Shown here: one piece after another, positions 1 to 13,024 of the stretch
Layout of the letters: every line of letters starts with the position of its first letter
Position numbering within the stretch: position 1 is the stretch's first letter
Source: Octopus bimaculoides
Lineage: Eukaryota
Length of the DNA: 64,000 nt
Reading direction: 5' to 3'
Assembly (NCBI RefSeq): GCF_001194135.2
Contig: NC_068985.1
Span: forward strand, 73,541,406 to 73,605,405
Notes under the pieces: model-generated
Databases searched by the model: none
What the model was told of the DNA's origin: nothing
Seen by the model: only the letters and a program-made list of their open reading frames with translations
Translations under genes and position numbers: made by a program

Positions 1-65
1 TATGCATATAAATATATATATATATACTTATGCATATATATGTATATGTAAGCATATATGTATGG

Positions 66-129
<64 letters not shown>

Positions 130-135
130 AGGTGT

Positions 136-352
136 ATCTTTGTGTTTGTGATTGTCTCCTCATCATCGCTTGCCAACCGCTGTTGATGTGTTTATGTCTT
201 CGTATCTTAGATGTTCGGCAGAAGTGAACGATAGACTAAGTACTGGGATTAAAATGTCCTGTGGACGATTTGTTAGAATAAAACCTTTCAAGGCGGTGCT
301 CCACTATGTCCGCAGTCAAATGATTGAAACATGTACAAGAGAAAAAGACACT
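136..352 (+). mobile_element. 3' half of tRNA-derived SINE family B, following its (TA)/(TG) microsatellite at 1-135
   Basis: Ends ...aaggcggtgctccactatgtccgcagtcaaatgattgaaacatgtacaagagaaaaaga; matches 25055-25228 (+) and 37040-37100 (-). Confidence 0.7.
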
Positions 353-642
353 TGACTGCGGCCATAACGAAGGGTTTTAATTGGACAAATCGACAACAGG
401 ACTTTTAAAACCCAGTACTTAATCTATCAGTTACTTTTTCCGAACCTGTAAGTTGTATATAATATAAGAAAGGTTATCTTGTCAGTATTTAAGATAGTGC
501 TCTTGTGGCTAGTGAGACGGTTTGACTTTTAACTTTTGCAATACCGGTGCCACTTAGTAACCAGTCAATTTAATGATGTCTATAAATCTCTTCGTTAGGT
601 TGTTAGATTGTTAATAAATCACCCATATTATATATGAGTGCG

Positions 643-674
<32 letters not shown>

Positions 675-690
675 TGTATGTATGTATGTT

Positions 691-724
<34 letters not shown>

Positions 725-893
725 NNNNNNNNNNNNNNNNNNNNNNNNNNNNNNNNNNNNNNNNNNNNNNNNNNNNNNNNNNNNNNNNNNNNNNNNNNNN
801 NNNNNNNNNNNNNNNNNNNNNNNNNNNNNNTATATAGTAGGTATTCCAACAATCTGTAATTCAGTAATCCGGATTATTCTTTCACTTCAACAG

Positions 894-943
894 AATATTT
901 GGGTTATTGTAAATATAAACCCTTTCGACGTAATCCTGGCCAG
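894..943 (+). CDS. Candidate internal exon of an unidentified gene
   Basis: Acceptor ttattctttcacttcaacAG and donor CAG|GTAAGA. Two frames are open (NIWVIVNINPFDVILA or YLGYCKYKPFRRNPGQ). No homology recognised. Confidence 0.35.
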
Positions 944-1441
944 GTAAGAACCATTCACAGCATCCCCAGGTTTCAGTTCATATCCAGGAGATACCTGTGA
1001 AGGGCATTATCTAGCCAAGTGTTGTAGATCCCTTGAGTGATATCAGTTAACTTGTAGAGAAAACTCCAAATTCAATACACATTGAAATTCTATATTTTTT
1101 CACTGGAACTCTTATCGATTCATCTCAGCGTGCTAAAAAGATTTGTTTAGATAATACACAAAATATGTGAAACATATAATCTGTATTATGCAAAATTCTA
1201 AATGATGTATAATATTCCTTTGTCAAAATAGAAATCAAAACAAATTATAAGAAGTCTATAGTATAGAATATATTTATACATAAGTTCCTTTGCCTTTATT
1301 CTTCGTACCAGTTGTCCTTAAAAGTCTTAATAAGATTTACAATTCTTCTTACAGCCTACCAATTCGTTAAATATACTTTCCTCTTACAAGATTTTATAGT
1401 TTCATTGATCTGATCACTATTGCTTGTTCTTTTCTTCTCAG

Positions 1442-1556
1442 AAGTTTTCTGTCGTGGTGTTTGTATGCGTGCATGTGGCAGGGTCATTGTGTACATGTTA
1501 TGTCAATCGTTCACCGGTCATCTATTCTTCTATATGACGCACTGTTCTTGCATGCG
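1442..1556 (+). CDS. Candidate exon, phase-compatible with 894-943
   Basis: Acceptor ttgcttgttcttttcttctcAG; donor GCG|GTAGGT (alternative at 1560). Reads SFLSWCLYACMWQGHCVHVMSIVHRSSILLYDALFLHA. Confidence 0.25.
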
Positions 1557-2473
1557 GTAGGTATCATGCAACAACCTCGACCATTCCTTCCACATACTTT
1601 TCTTTCACATCGCGGAACGCCCCATGTTATCCATGCTATCCCCCACTAAGTTAACCCGATATTTCCACATACACCCCTTTACATTATTTCTTTAATTCTT
1701 TGAATATCTCACCCACAATGTTTACGCCTAGCATTACAGTATTTACTTTTGCCCCCACTTCAATTTAAGGAAAATATTCAAAACCTTGGACTCCTTATCT
1801 AACCTTTCCGCACAAAACATATTACACTATTTGAACTATTTGCATGACTTTTTACGAACGTCGACCATCTATTGTTTTCTAACTTTCATCTTAGAATGAA
1901 CCTCGAGTCATTTAATGTTTAGTCTCATTTAATCGCAAATCACTACTGAGGAGTATCCAAGCAATCTCAATGGAAACTTATAACTGCTGGTATTGATTAT
2001 AGAATTTTTAGTTTGAGTTTTATACAAGGCTTCTTTGATATTTGCCAATATAAAACTGTGTAAATAACTTCGAAACTGAAAATGTTGAGACTCTAGAATA
2101 AATAATTTCTTCTTAAGTGCATCGCAAGGAGATACTCAGAAAGAATTTAAAAGTTCTCTTGAAATGTATTACTGTGTTTTACTGTCTCTTAACTATATAT
2201 TATTGTATACTGGGATGCTATTTGAACTAAGTAAATAAGCAAACACGTGATTTAATGAATTAAATGCAAAATACGTTTTAAGCATATGTTTGGGAAAACC
2301 AGTTTCACAATTGCGAGAAAAAAAATTCAATTGGAACCTTCGAAGTTGTAGATTGACTGAAACGTAACAATTACAATAATGAACAATTTATATGACTTTA
2401 ATTTTTATCTTGGAAACAATATCAGTATCGATCTCTTAGTTAAGAGTTGGTCTTACTAATATTTCGCTATGTT

Positions 2474-2690
2474 AAGTTGGCGGGCTGCCAGAATCGTTAG
2501 CACGCCGAGTAAAATGTTTCCCTGCATTTCGTCCGTTTTTACGATCTGGGTTCAAATTCCGCTTAGGTCGACTCTGCCTTTCATCCCTTCGGGGTCGATA
2601 AAGTAGGTACCAGCTGAGCATTGGGGTCGATGTACCGGATTCATCCACTTCCCCAAAATTTCAGGCCTTGCGCATATAGTAGATAGGAAT
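2474..2690 (+). mobile_element. SINE family A, near full length
   Basis: Head gctgccagaatcgttagcacgccg, B-box-like ggttcaaattcc and body gcctttcatcccttcggggtcgata; many matching copies in the window. Confidence 0.85.
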
Positions 2691-4739
2691 ACTTTGCCAT
2701 GTTCGGAATCATGTAATTAGATAAAACAGTAAAAAGTGAGGTTTGCCAAATATTTCCATTTCCGTGTAAAAACGCTCTGTTGATTTCTGTGATGCTGATG
2801 ATTTTGCAGGCTCGAGTATATTAAGAAATAATGAAAGAGCGATGAAGACATCTTACTGTTTTAAGATTGTGTTTCTAGCGTATTGTTCTATGAAAGTGTA
2901 TTAGTTTGTAGATTATTCTTCTTTTGCTTCAGTCAATACAGTATGGACATGTGACATACAAACATATGGTAAGTTGATATGATTAAGAATAGAACTAAGA
3001 ATACAAAGGACAAGAATAGGCGGTATTCTATCTCGCCATTCTCTACCGTGCAAATCCGAATATGATTTAACATGGTAATCGTCGTAAAATAGACATTTAT
3101 ACAATAGATCATTGCAATGACATCTTTAAGCAGTTCAAATATCTAATTCATCAGTATATTTTATATCTAAATATCACTCGCACATTTTAAGCACACTACA
3201 TAGTATGGGCATTAAGTATTGTTTTAGAATATATGATTCATTTAAGGTTTTGTTTCGAAATGATTACACGAGTAATTCAACAGACTGTAATATTCTTTGG
3301 TTGATTAATTGCATATCATTTATTGTCTTTGATTTCAATGACATTAAGATACGTTTTTAGTTATAGACAAGTACCAATGACTAATAGTTTCATATGTTCA
3401 TATATGCTATCAATCAATGTGTCACTGATACATTTTTATAAAGAGAGTATTTCCTCTACTTAATATTGGTGACAAATAGTTAATGTCAATTAATCACTCA
3501 TTCCCTCACTCAGGCTATTTATCAGAGTATGATTGTTTCGCATAAAGTTTATTTATATATTCATTTAATAAGAACATTTTATATAAACGTTGCTAGATTA
3601 CGTGTATCTACAATAAAACCAAAAATTCAGTTAATAAGGTTTATAAAGTAAAATCAATCTTGAACTTCATCCACTACTAGGTCAATTAGCTTTTGTTGAA
3701 TATGATTGAATCAATTCCTCGTTACAGAAAGACATAACAAAGTTGACGACCAGTATTATCTGTCTATATTTGGTGAAAAATCATTCTAAATCTATAGGAG
3801 CGTTACTGACTAATGTTAACTATCTGGTTGAGACTGGTAATAGCTTTTTGTTTATGTAAATAGGAAATAAACATGTTTAGGATCAGGAAAAGGCATTACT
3901 GTTACAAAAGTTTACATTCCCTATTTGTGCTCTGAGGGGTAACAATTCCCCCAAAATTTATAATTAATAAAGAGAACATAATGGGAAAATTGCTTTCTCC
4001 CGAGCCTGTAATACGGGTTCATTTTCTAATTGTATCTATTGCATTTTGGGAAAACCTAAACATGCTTGTATTCCATTCCTTTCTCTTAGTATAAAGCAAT
4101 GTAATCCCAGCATACTCATACACACTTATAAACACACACACACGTATATCGATAGGTAGGTAGATACATAGATATACAGATGTATACTGATATAAACAAA
4201 TTTAAATGTGAGCTACGAAAAGTTTCATGAGATTGAACTATAGTGGAATCTTTCAAGCTCAAAACACAACATAGATGCTCTCAGAGGAAAAAAAAAAGCT
4301 ACAAACAAGAAAACAATTAAAGGAAGAGAGGAAACAAAACATAAAAATCACAATGGAGATAAAGAAAAGAAATGTGTCCCTTTGGTCCGGTAGGATGGTA
4401 TTTAACAATGGTAATGGAGACAAGAGTAGGTTTGTTGACGAGCGTTCCGTCATCTGTAAACATCACCTTTACAGCAGTTGTATTTCCTGAACTCCATCAC
4501 TTTTGTATATTTACATACCAAGATGTACATAACAGAATAGATTACATGTACGGCCAAAAGTAATTTCAAATACACAAAGAATATTGCGTGAGAGAAATTA
4601 CATATAGGGCCTTGTTATCCGTATGTCGAATACACAGGAACACATGTATGTAGAATAGCTCAAAGAGATCATTACCCAATTGCCTGTCAAATATCTGTTA
4701 TTGGAATTTGGTAGACAGCAAGTGTTTTGTTGCCTCTCC

Positions 4740-6030
4740 TTGGTACTATCAGTAAATTGTCGCCTTTTTATATTTCTAATTTCCTGCATGCGCATTCTTT
4801 ATTTTTGCCTTTGTCGTCTACACAATATAGTAGGGACAGTTAGGCACCGTCTGTGAGAAAAACAGCACTATGACGCAATTCTTTTTGCCAGGAATTTGGA
4901 ACGACATGCTGCACTGATTGGCATTTACACTGGAAACTCCAATATGAACATTTCAGAGTGTTTGCGTGTCAATCTGAGGACAGTGCAGAGGATTCAGGGA
5001 ATGTTAGATGAATCTAATGGTGATTAGGAAGGTACGAAGGCATCTCGGAAAACTGACTCTGATCATTCTGATAAGAAAAGAACTCCTGCATTTGTTAGTG
5101 AGATCCAGGCCATGATTAACAATGATCTCTCGAAATCAATCAGGTCCATCGCAAGGGACATTGAAGTGTCTAAGCTTCTTATCAGATAAGTAGTGCTTGG
5201 AGACATTCAGTATTCCTCATACGCGATGAGTATGGGCCAATTTCTATCCCAAGCCATCAAGGACAAGAGGAAAGACTGCGTTACGAATATTTTTAACAAA
5301 CTCAAGTATACTCTCCAACCGAACATGCTTTGGTTAAAATTTCTGCCAAGATCAGATTGTGAACACACAAAACAACCGTTGTCTTGCTGTGTCCCAAAAA
5401 CGTGTACCGAGATAGATAAAATTAAGCATCCATTCAACATCATGGTATTTGGAGTGATCACAAGTGATGGCAATGTTATGCCTCCATTCATCTTCCCAAA
5501 ATGCGTCAGACTCCACACGGAGGCCTACATCAAGTGGGTGGAGGCGGTAGTGCTGCCTTGGGTCAAGAGAGTGCCTGCGGGATGGCCTTATGTCTGACAA
5601 CAATATTCTACACTATTCTACAAAAACAGGAGAGCCTTGTCATGGCTGTCAGACAATTTCTGCAACCACACCACCCCTAACATCTGGCCACCTAACTCAC
5701 CAGAGTGCGATCTCCTTGATTATTATATGTAGAGTGCAGTTGAGCGAGAGAGCAGCAAAACTCCTTGTAACATCAAAGATGAACTGAAGGCAAGGATTAT
5801 GGCAGCATTCACCAACGTAAACAAGGAGACGGTCCAGGAGAGTTGCAGGAGATTCCGAAGTCATCCGGAGGCCGTGGTTGAAGCCAATTCCGATTTTATT
5901 GTATAAATTTACTTTTTAGTATTCATAATATTTTTATGTAATTTTGGTAAATATATCTGTTAAAATGCGACGTCAGTGTTATTTTCATTTTTGCGTAATT
6001 TAGACGACAATTTATTCACCGCTTCCTATA
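4740..6030 (+). mobile_element. Decayed Tc1/mariner-superfamily transposon, DD37D (maT)-type
   Basis: Disrupted frame about 4870-5906 with IMVFGVITSDGNVMPPFIF, WPYV*QQY and WPPNSPECDLLDYY. There are 37 residues between the second-D position (now Tyr) and the LDY aspartate. A degenerate terminal inverted motif taaattgtcg lies near both ends. Boundaries are approximate. Confidence 0.85.
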
Positions 6031-6100
6031 ATTTGATGTATGTATGTATGTATGTATGTATGTATGTATGTATGCATGTATATATCTATTTATCGGTATC

Positions 6101-6135
<35 letters not shown>

Positions 6136-6855
6136 NNNNNNNNNNNNNNNNNNNNNNNNNNNNNNNNNNNNNNNNNNNNNNNNNNNNNNNNNNNNNNNNN
6201 NNNNNNNNNNNNNNNNNNNNNNNNNNNNNNNNNNNNNNNNNNNNNNNNNNNNNNNNNNNNNNNNNNNNNNNNNNNNNNNNNNNNNNNNNNNNNNNNNNNN
6301 NNNNNNNNNNNNNNNNNNNNNNNNNNNNNNNNNNNNNNNNNNNNNNNNNNNNNNNNNNNNNNNNNNNNNNNNNNNNNNNNNNNNNNNNNNNNNNNNNNNN
6401 NNNNNNNNNNNNNNNNNNNNNNNNNNNNNNNNNNNNNNNNNNNNNNNNNNNNNNNNNNNNNNNNNNNNNNNNNNNNNNNNNNNNNNNNNNNNNNNNNNNN
6501 NNNNNNNNNNNNNNNNNNNNNNNNNNNNNNNNNNNNNNNNNNNNNNNNNNNNNNNNNNNNNNNNNNNNNNNNNNNNNNNNNNNNNNNNNNNNNNNNNNNN
6601 NNNNNNNNNNNNNNNNNNNNNNNNNNNNNNNNNNNNNNNNNNNNNNNNNNNNNNNNNNNNNNNNNNNNNNNNNNNNNNNNNNNNNNNNNNNNNNNNNNNN
6701 NNNNNNNNNNNNNNNNNNNNNNNNNNNTATATACATGTGCATGTGTGCGTGCGCATGTGTGTGTGTGTGTGTATCTATGTATCGATGTACGGGTGTATAA
6801 TATATATATGTATACCTATATATACATATGTATATATCTATCTATCTTTTCAGCC

Positions 6856-6886
<31 letters not shown>

Positions 6887-7141
6887 AATCGATCGATCTG
6901 TATCTTTATAATTTTGTGTGTATAAACTTTACAAGAAAAGCTGTAAGAAATTAATGATTTACATACGAAATATTTGTTCTACACCAAGATGTGTCTTGCA
7001 CTGACAGGAAAGGCAGTAAGCCCGTTATTTTCTCGTTGGAAACTTGTAATCAGTGATGTTTTTTTGCAAATATCACGATATCGCATAAAGAGAAACAACT
7101 AAGCATTTGAAGGAATCTATTTTTAACGTGTGTTTTGTCAG

Positions 7142-7221
7142 ATTGCAGTAATGAGTTCACGTCGTTCTACTATTCTATTGCAAAAAGAATGAAAGCTATA
7201 CCAATAATGACTATAACAGTG
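7142..7221 (+). CDS. Candidate exon
   Basis: Acceptor tttttaacgtgtgttttgtcAG and donor GTG|GTATGT. Only one frame is open throughout: (D)CSNEFTSFYYSIAKRMKAIPIMTITV. Confidence 0.35.
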
Positions 7222-7659
7222 GTATGTTTCAATGAATATTAAATGAATTGAATTAAAGCTGATTCTTTGTATCTTATATCAGCACAGAAGGCGCATTATG
7301 CTGGTTTGCTGATTTAGCTATATATACAACCAACCGAATTTATTGAGCCTACGAAATTTAATGCAAGGCATAAAATCCAATTGCATGCTAAAACTGACAT
7401 TTAAAATCACGTAACAAGAAATTGAAAGAAGAGACTAAATAATTCCGGGTTGGTATTTTACAGCCCGATGCATATATTTGATACGAATGGAAACTCATTA
7501 AAACTTTCTTCACATTTCCAAACAGGTTTGAGTTGTAAACGTGTAGAGATAATAAAGAATTGTGTCGACTAGTCACGCAATCGCATATTTCTAGAGAAGA
7601 AAGCATGTCATAAAGATGGCTATGGTCGATCCTTTTATTTAGGATCAGAAAACATTTCG

Positions 7660-8100
7660 TTCTCTGTAATTACTGATACTCTACAAAACACAAGTGCTTC
7701 CATAATGGATTGTTGCTTCCACATCCAGCACAGTGCACAGGCAGACGCACTACACCGCATCCAGAGAAAGACCTCTCGCATGATTAACCTCCTAAGTCGC
7801 CTGTAGAAATGCTTCAGCTTTTGGGCGTTTTTCTCTCTTCCCCACCTCTTTCTATTTCTACATCTTCGATAAAGGCTACCGCCACTCATACACCAATTCA
7901 CTCGTTTCTTTAATCTCATCATCTATGTTGTGTCTAAGTCCCGCACTTCTCTTAACAAGCACTCTGCTCTCTCCAGAACACCGCTCCATAGAATCTTTTC
8001 TCGGTTCGACTTTAATGTATGGTAATTCCAGATAGAACTTTCATCATTTTATGCTGTTCATAAACGACCTGACATTTACCTGGCTCATGGAAGCCTGAGA
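7660..8100 (+). mobile_element. 3' fragment of an L2/Jockey/CR1-group LINE, decayed
   Basis: Frameshifted LILYKTQVLP / MDCCFHI...DALHRIQRKTSRMIN resembles the post-RT segment LYKxxVRPxMEYCxHIW...LDRIQRxAxRxI. Confidence 0.5.
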
Positions 8101-8157
8101 AATCCACGATCAATTTGAAAGAGATAGACAGATCGATAAATAAATAGATAGATAGAT

Positions 8158-8191
<34 letters not shown>

Positions 8192-8201
8192 NNNNNNNNN
8201 N

Positions 8202-8233
<32 letters not shown>

Positions 8234-9688
8234 GAGAGAGAGGGAGAGGTAGGGAGAGAGAGGTAGAGAGAGAGAGAGAGGGGTAGAGAGAGAGAGAGTT
8301 TCTATAATTTCAAAATATTGCTCGCATAAAGTGAATTTGATTTAACTAGGCTACAAAACCACGTTACGTTTTACATTCAATATTCCACGAACTTAACTTA
8401 TCTGGTATGATATAAAACGTTATTATGTTTATACTAAAGAATTTATCGTTGTAGTCTGGGCTTAGCCGTGTATATTACATATCGGGAGAGTGAGAGAAGA
8501 GTGATATTCATGAATTTTGTTTTTCAATTTAATTCACCGTTGGAAAGATAGCAGTTTGATTCCAACTGTGAATAGAATTTATACTTTCCATAGTGGTATT
8601 TTACTTCAGCTCTATTCTAGATGTTACATATTAGTAAATGATTTAAATTTTAAAGATATTCGGGAAAATCAATTTAACTTTCTAGCACATGCATACAACT
8701 GATTTTATTGATCTCGGTTGGCTGAACTTTTGTATATTGAAAATAGAAAGATGGAACCAAATAATTTATGGCATATAATTATTCGCCCTAGTAATGTTAT
8801 TATCGACTATTTCAACGCATAATAATATCTTATTTTGACATAGAAAATGCAAATTCATACGTAAATGATTAAGCTCATTAAATAAATATTTTTGGATAGG
8901 TACTCATATAACCGAACTAGGAATGATACAACGCTTTTTGCTGAATTTTTGTTCTTACTTTGTGCTTAAAAGTATTGACAAACATTTGGAAGAGAAATTC
9001 TTGCGTTATCAATTACACTAACGCTATCATTTGCCTACTATTCATGTCACCAGCCACAGATATTTAAATGGCAAAATAGGTCTCAGTAAGGTTTGAACTC
9101 AGAATTTAAAGAAATCTCATCATACAATGTGGTATATTTGGTACATTTTTCTACCAACCCACCTTCCCTTGGGTGTTCTGCAACAATATTTCTTATAACA
9201 CCAAATCAAGAATGCAATGTAATGTATGTGCTCCTTTGACTCAAGTAAATCCAGTATTTGAATGCTACTTAGATGTGTCACAAGTTGATTTGCGTGCAGA
9301 TGATACTCAAAGTAAAATGAAACATTGTGTGCTATATACAAGTCACTAATGCAGGGTGCGGCAGAAATATCTCACACATTTGAAAGGTTGACAAAAGGAA
9401 GAAAGAAACAACATTTATGAAAAATTAATTTTACTGTTGTTTAAACAAAGGGTTACAGTTTTTGTTCATTAGCTAAATGTAAACATCATTGGCACTTGCA
9501 TAAATTCATTAACAACACAGGTGAAAGTTTAAAATGTGGGAGGTATTTCTGCCGCACCCTGTATGAATCTGTATGTAGAAATTTAAACTTTCAAAAACCG
9601 AGCATCAATTTTATGCTGAAAATAGAGTGCATATCTTCTGTATTTTGCGTTATTCATTCCAGCTCTGCTTTTGATATTTATTTATAGT

Positions 9689-10350
9689 AAGGTGGTGAGC
9701 TGGCAGAAAAGGTAACACGCCGGGCGAAATGCTTAACGGCATTTCGACTGTTTTTACGTTCTCTTTCCAAATTCCATCAAGATCGACGTTGCTTTTCATA
9801 CTTCCGGGGTCGATGAAATAAGTAGCAGTTGAATACTGAGGTCGATGTAATCAACTTATCCCCTCTCCCAAAATTGCTAGTCATTTGCCAAAAGTTGAAA
9901 GCAATTCATAGTAAAGGCAGCGAGCCGACATAAACGTTAGCACGCCGGGCGAAATGCTTAGCGGTATTTCGTCTGCCGTTACGTTCTGAGTTCAAATTCC
10001 GCCGAGGTTGACGTTGCCTTTCATCCTTTCGGAGTCGATAAATTAAGTACCAGTTACGCACTGGAGTCGATGTAATCGACTTAATCCCTTTGTCTGTCCT
10101 TATTTGTCCCCTCTATGTTTAGCCCCTTGTGGGCAATGAAGAAATAAGAAGCGTTAGCACGCCAGGCAAAATGTTTAGCTTAGCAACATTTTGTCCGTCT
10201 TTACATTCTGAATTCAAATTCGGCCGAGACGATTTCACCTTTCATCGTTTTGGTGTGAGTAAAATAAGTACCAGTTGAGCACTGGGGTCGATGCAATGGG
10301 CTTAACCCAACCCCCGAAGGTGCTGGCCTTGTTCCAAAATTTGAAACCAA
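9689..10350 (+). mobile_element. Three SINE family A copies in direct tandem
   Basis: Copies start at about 9689, 9913 and 10151; each has ttagcacgcc, the ttcaaattcc B-box region and ggggtcgatgtaatc. Confidence 0.85.
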
Positions 10351-11139
10351 TATTTATTCATGGTTTTCAAATGATAGAACGTACTATAGTTACAAAAAAG
10401 ACAATTCTGCAACGTGCACCATGTAAAACAGTCACTTAGAAACATCGCAATAATGATACGTATGACGTGTTTCACTAATCTATGTGAAAGCAAAGCAGAC
10501 TCTCAGTAGAAAAACATGTCTATTGAAATTATGATAACCCTTAAGTTTAGAATTAACAGAATCTCTTCAACAAATACATTTGCGTGTATCTGAAACAGAA
10601 GATTTCTTTTTTCTGCATAAATAATTATTTCTAAGATTCATCACTTGAGTTTATCAGCTTCGTTCTTAGCCGTGTTCACCCACAGTTTCAATTCCATATC
10701 AAGACACAAAAGCTTATGTTCCAATATTTCTGAAGAATCTAGTATTAAGAATAATCCAGTTTCAGAATAATTGAACTGCTTATCGACAACGGCTATCCAT
10801 TCTTCACCTAAACATTTGTTTTCAAATGTCTACATTTCCCACATCAATAAACAAATGCCTGTTACAGTTTTAACCTTCGAGATTTTAACTAAGTAACCTG
10901 AATTTTGACAAAAAACCCTGGAATTTATGTAATTCAGTGTGTCTGCATTGTTGAGTTGACGATAAAAGCTAATTAGAATTTCGTCTATTACGAAGCTGTA
11001 GACAGAAACTCATGCCGGGGACCCCTTTTGCTTCTTCCAGTGTAGAGGTAAAAGAAATTACGCACATTAGAATGTGTTCACTCCCTCAAAGAATTAAACT
11101 AAAGCTTGCATTTTTTCCAATTTCAAAATATAAACTTCT

Positions 11140-11315
11140 CATAGGTGTGAGCTGCAATGGTAAGAAGTTTGTTTCCAACCACCTGGTTCCGGATTCTGTT
11201 TCATTGTGAAGCATAATTATTTGTGCAGAAAAGAGAAATCTTCTCTTATAGTCCCGGGTAAACCAAAGCCTTGTGAGTAGATTCGATGGACGAAAACTGA
11301 AAGGAGCCCGTCTTG
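11140..11315 (+). mobile_element. 5' half of SINE family B (tRNA-like head plus core), followed by TA repeats
   Basis: Head ggtaagaagtttgtttccaaccacctggttccgg matches the reverse complement of 38860-38945. Core ccaaagccttgtgagt...gacgaaaactgaaaggagcccgtc matches 23565-23630. Confidence 0.7.
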
Positions 11316-11424
11316 TATATATATATTTATATGTATACGTAGATGAGTGTATATCTTGGATCCTTGTGGAGTATCAGGATAGGATATTTCCAGAGAAGCA
11401 GTCAACCCTAGTTCTGGTCTTTCA

Positions 11425-11457
11425 AGAAGAGGAAGAGGAAGAAGAAGACGAAGAAGG

Positions 11458-11488
<31 letters not shown>

Positions 11489-11517
11489 GAAGAAGAAGAA
11501 GAAGAAGTAGAAGAAGC

Positions 11518-11564
<47 letters not shown>

Positions 11565-11634
11565 AAGAAGAAGAAGAAGAAGAAGAAGAAGAAGAAGAAG
11601 AAGAAGAAAAAGAAGAAGAAGAAGTAGAAGAAGC

Positions 11635-11672
<38 letters not shown>

Positions 11673-11748
11673 AAGAAGAAGAAGAAGAAGAAGAAGAAGA
11701 AGAAGAAAAAGAAGAAGAAGCAGAAGTAGAAGAAGACGAAGAAGAAGA

Positions 11749-11792
<44 letters not shown>

Positions 11793-11860
11793 AAGAAGAA
11801 GAAGAAGAAGAAGAAGAAGAAGAAGAAGAAGAAGAAGAAGATGAAGAAGAAGAAGAAGTA
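11425..11860 (+). repeat. Compound (GAA)n/(GTA)n microsatellite
   Basis: Directly visible; it produces the poly-E/poly-V pseudo-ORF 11273..11872. Confidence 0.95.
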
Positions 11861-12192
11861 TTTATTAGCTGATCTCATTCGTTTACTTGTACCACCTAAA
11901 CATATGCTTGTTATCATTTAATAAATAGATATAATGGAATGTTTACTGGCTGATGTTTGTCGATTTTCTATCCTCTCCATTTTCTTATTTGCCTTATAAA
12001 TATTGATAAATTTCCAATTTACCCCCACCCATACCTAGTATTCAATTGCAATATTGCCATGCAATAGTAAGCACTTGGTTAAAAATACGTAGGTACACAT
12101 CTAGTAGTATATTAGATATTTAATATCCTTTAGATGGTTTATTAACCTCTAACTCATGCGGACTAATTATAATTATAGACAGAAGCAGGTTG

Positions 12193-12261
12193 GTGCGTTG
12201 ATGTAACGGTAGTACACTTGGTCGCGTAAATAAAGGTGTGGGTTCGTGTCCCATGCGTACG
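12193..12261 (+). pseudogene. Degenerate tRNA-like sequence (tRNA pseudogene or SINE head)
   Basis: Imperfect acceptor gtgcgtt/tgcgtac, A-box-like gatgtaacggtag and T-arm gtggg-ttcgtgt-cccat. The anticodon arm is non-canonical. Confidence 0.4.
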
Positions 12262-12431
12262 GGAAAACCTACTTTTGTCGAGGTCTTATATGCCCCATAA
12301 TTAGACTATTTTCTTTAGTCATCGTGCGGTGATCGCTTATAAGCTTTCAGCTTATAAAATAATATTATTATTATTATTTACAGAATTGTTAAAATCGACG
12401 CTATTTAACAAAACCATCGTAGTGGTATATA

Positions 12432-12467
<36 letters not shown>

Positions 12468-12872
12468 TGTCCGTGTGTATACGTGTGTATGTACACATAC
12501 ATTATATGCATATAAAGTGAAATAAGTAAAACGAATTCCGATTTACAGCATAAGTCACAAAACATCTAAGATTTTTAACACTTTTTACAGACATTTATTG
12601 TTACACATACTTGGGCATAACATCAATGTTGTATTTTAAATTCACTGAATATTTTGGGATTTATAAACACTGGCCCGTTCAGATTCCCACCACATGTAGA
12701 GTGATCTTTGGTTTTTATCTAAAGTGCATTTTACGGATTCTACGGATTTATAGACAAATCCACTTTGTTGCTTCTCCTATGCAATCTAAGGTCCTTTAAA
12801 CCTCACTAAGGTTAAACGCCACTGCTCACATCCACCGACATGGATCTTGTTCACTAATCGTTCTTGTTGCAG

Positions 12873-13024
12873 TAATCTTCCACCATATTCTAATGTTTGG
12901 CTTTTTTTGTGTTGTATCTCGCTATTCCACTAAAATTGGCTGGAATATGGCATCAGAAACCAAGATTATATCTGACTTAAACAGGAACGATGCCATATGC
13001 GATAGAAATTCAAAACGTAAAGAA
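12873..13024 (+). CDS. Candidate exon, possibly containing a start codon (MASETK...)
   Basis: Acceptor ctaatcgttcttgttgcAG and donor GAA|GTAAGG. One frame is open throughout: IFHHILMFGFFCVVSRYSTKIGWNMASETKIISDLNRNDAICDRNSKRKE. Confidence 0.35.

Noticed and set aside
885-996. Minus-strand frame ISWI*TETWGCCEWFLPGQDYVERVYIYNNPNILLK* with an in-frame TGA, suggesting a selenoprotein
   Set aside because: It matches no selenoprotein family I know, I saw no SECIS element, and the splice signals favour the plus strand.
4275-4490. ORF containing RNVSLWSGRMVFNNGNGDK, reminiscent of ANF-receptor/iGluR amino-terminal domain motifs, together with LLYDAL at about 1.5 kb and DAETCRRCPEEIW at about 13.9 kb
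   Set aside because: These are short motif resemblances only. I found no consistent splice path or spacing for a class C GPCR or iGluR.
5976-6954. Long ORFs spanning N-runs (also at 23.9-25.0, 44.6-45.3, 49.6-50.4, 51.3-52.8, 59.2-60.0 and 62.1-62.5 kb)
   Set aside because: They are open only because N codons translate as X; the flanks are microsatellites.
11273-11872. 199-aa Glu/Val-rich ORF
   Set aside because: It is a translation of the GAA/GTA microsatellite with a SINE fragment at its start. The same applies to the ORFs at 33.4-33.8 kb and 58.7-58.9 kb.
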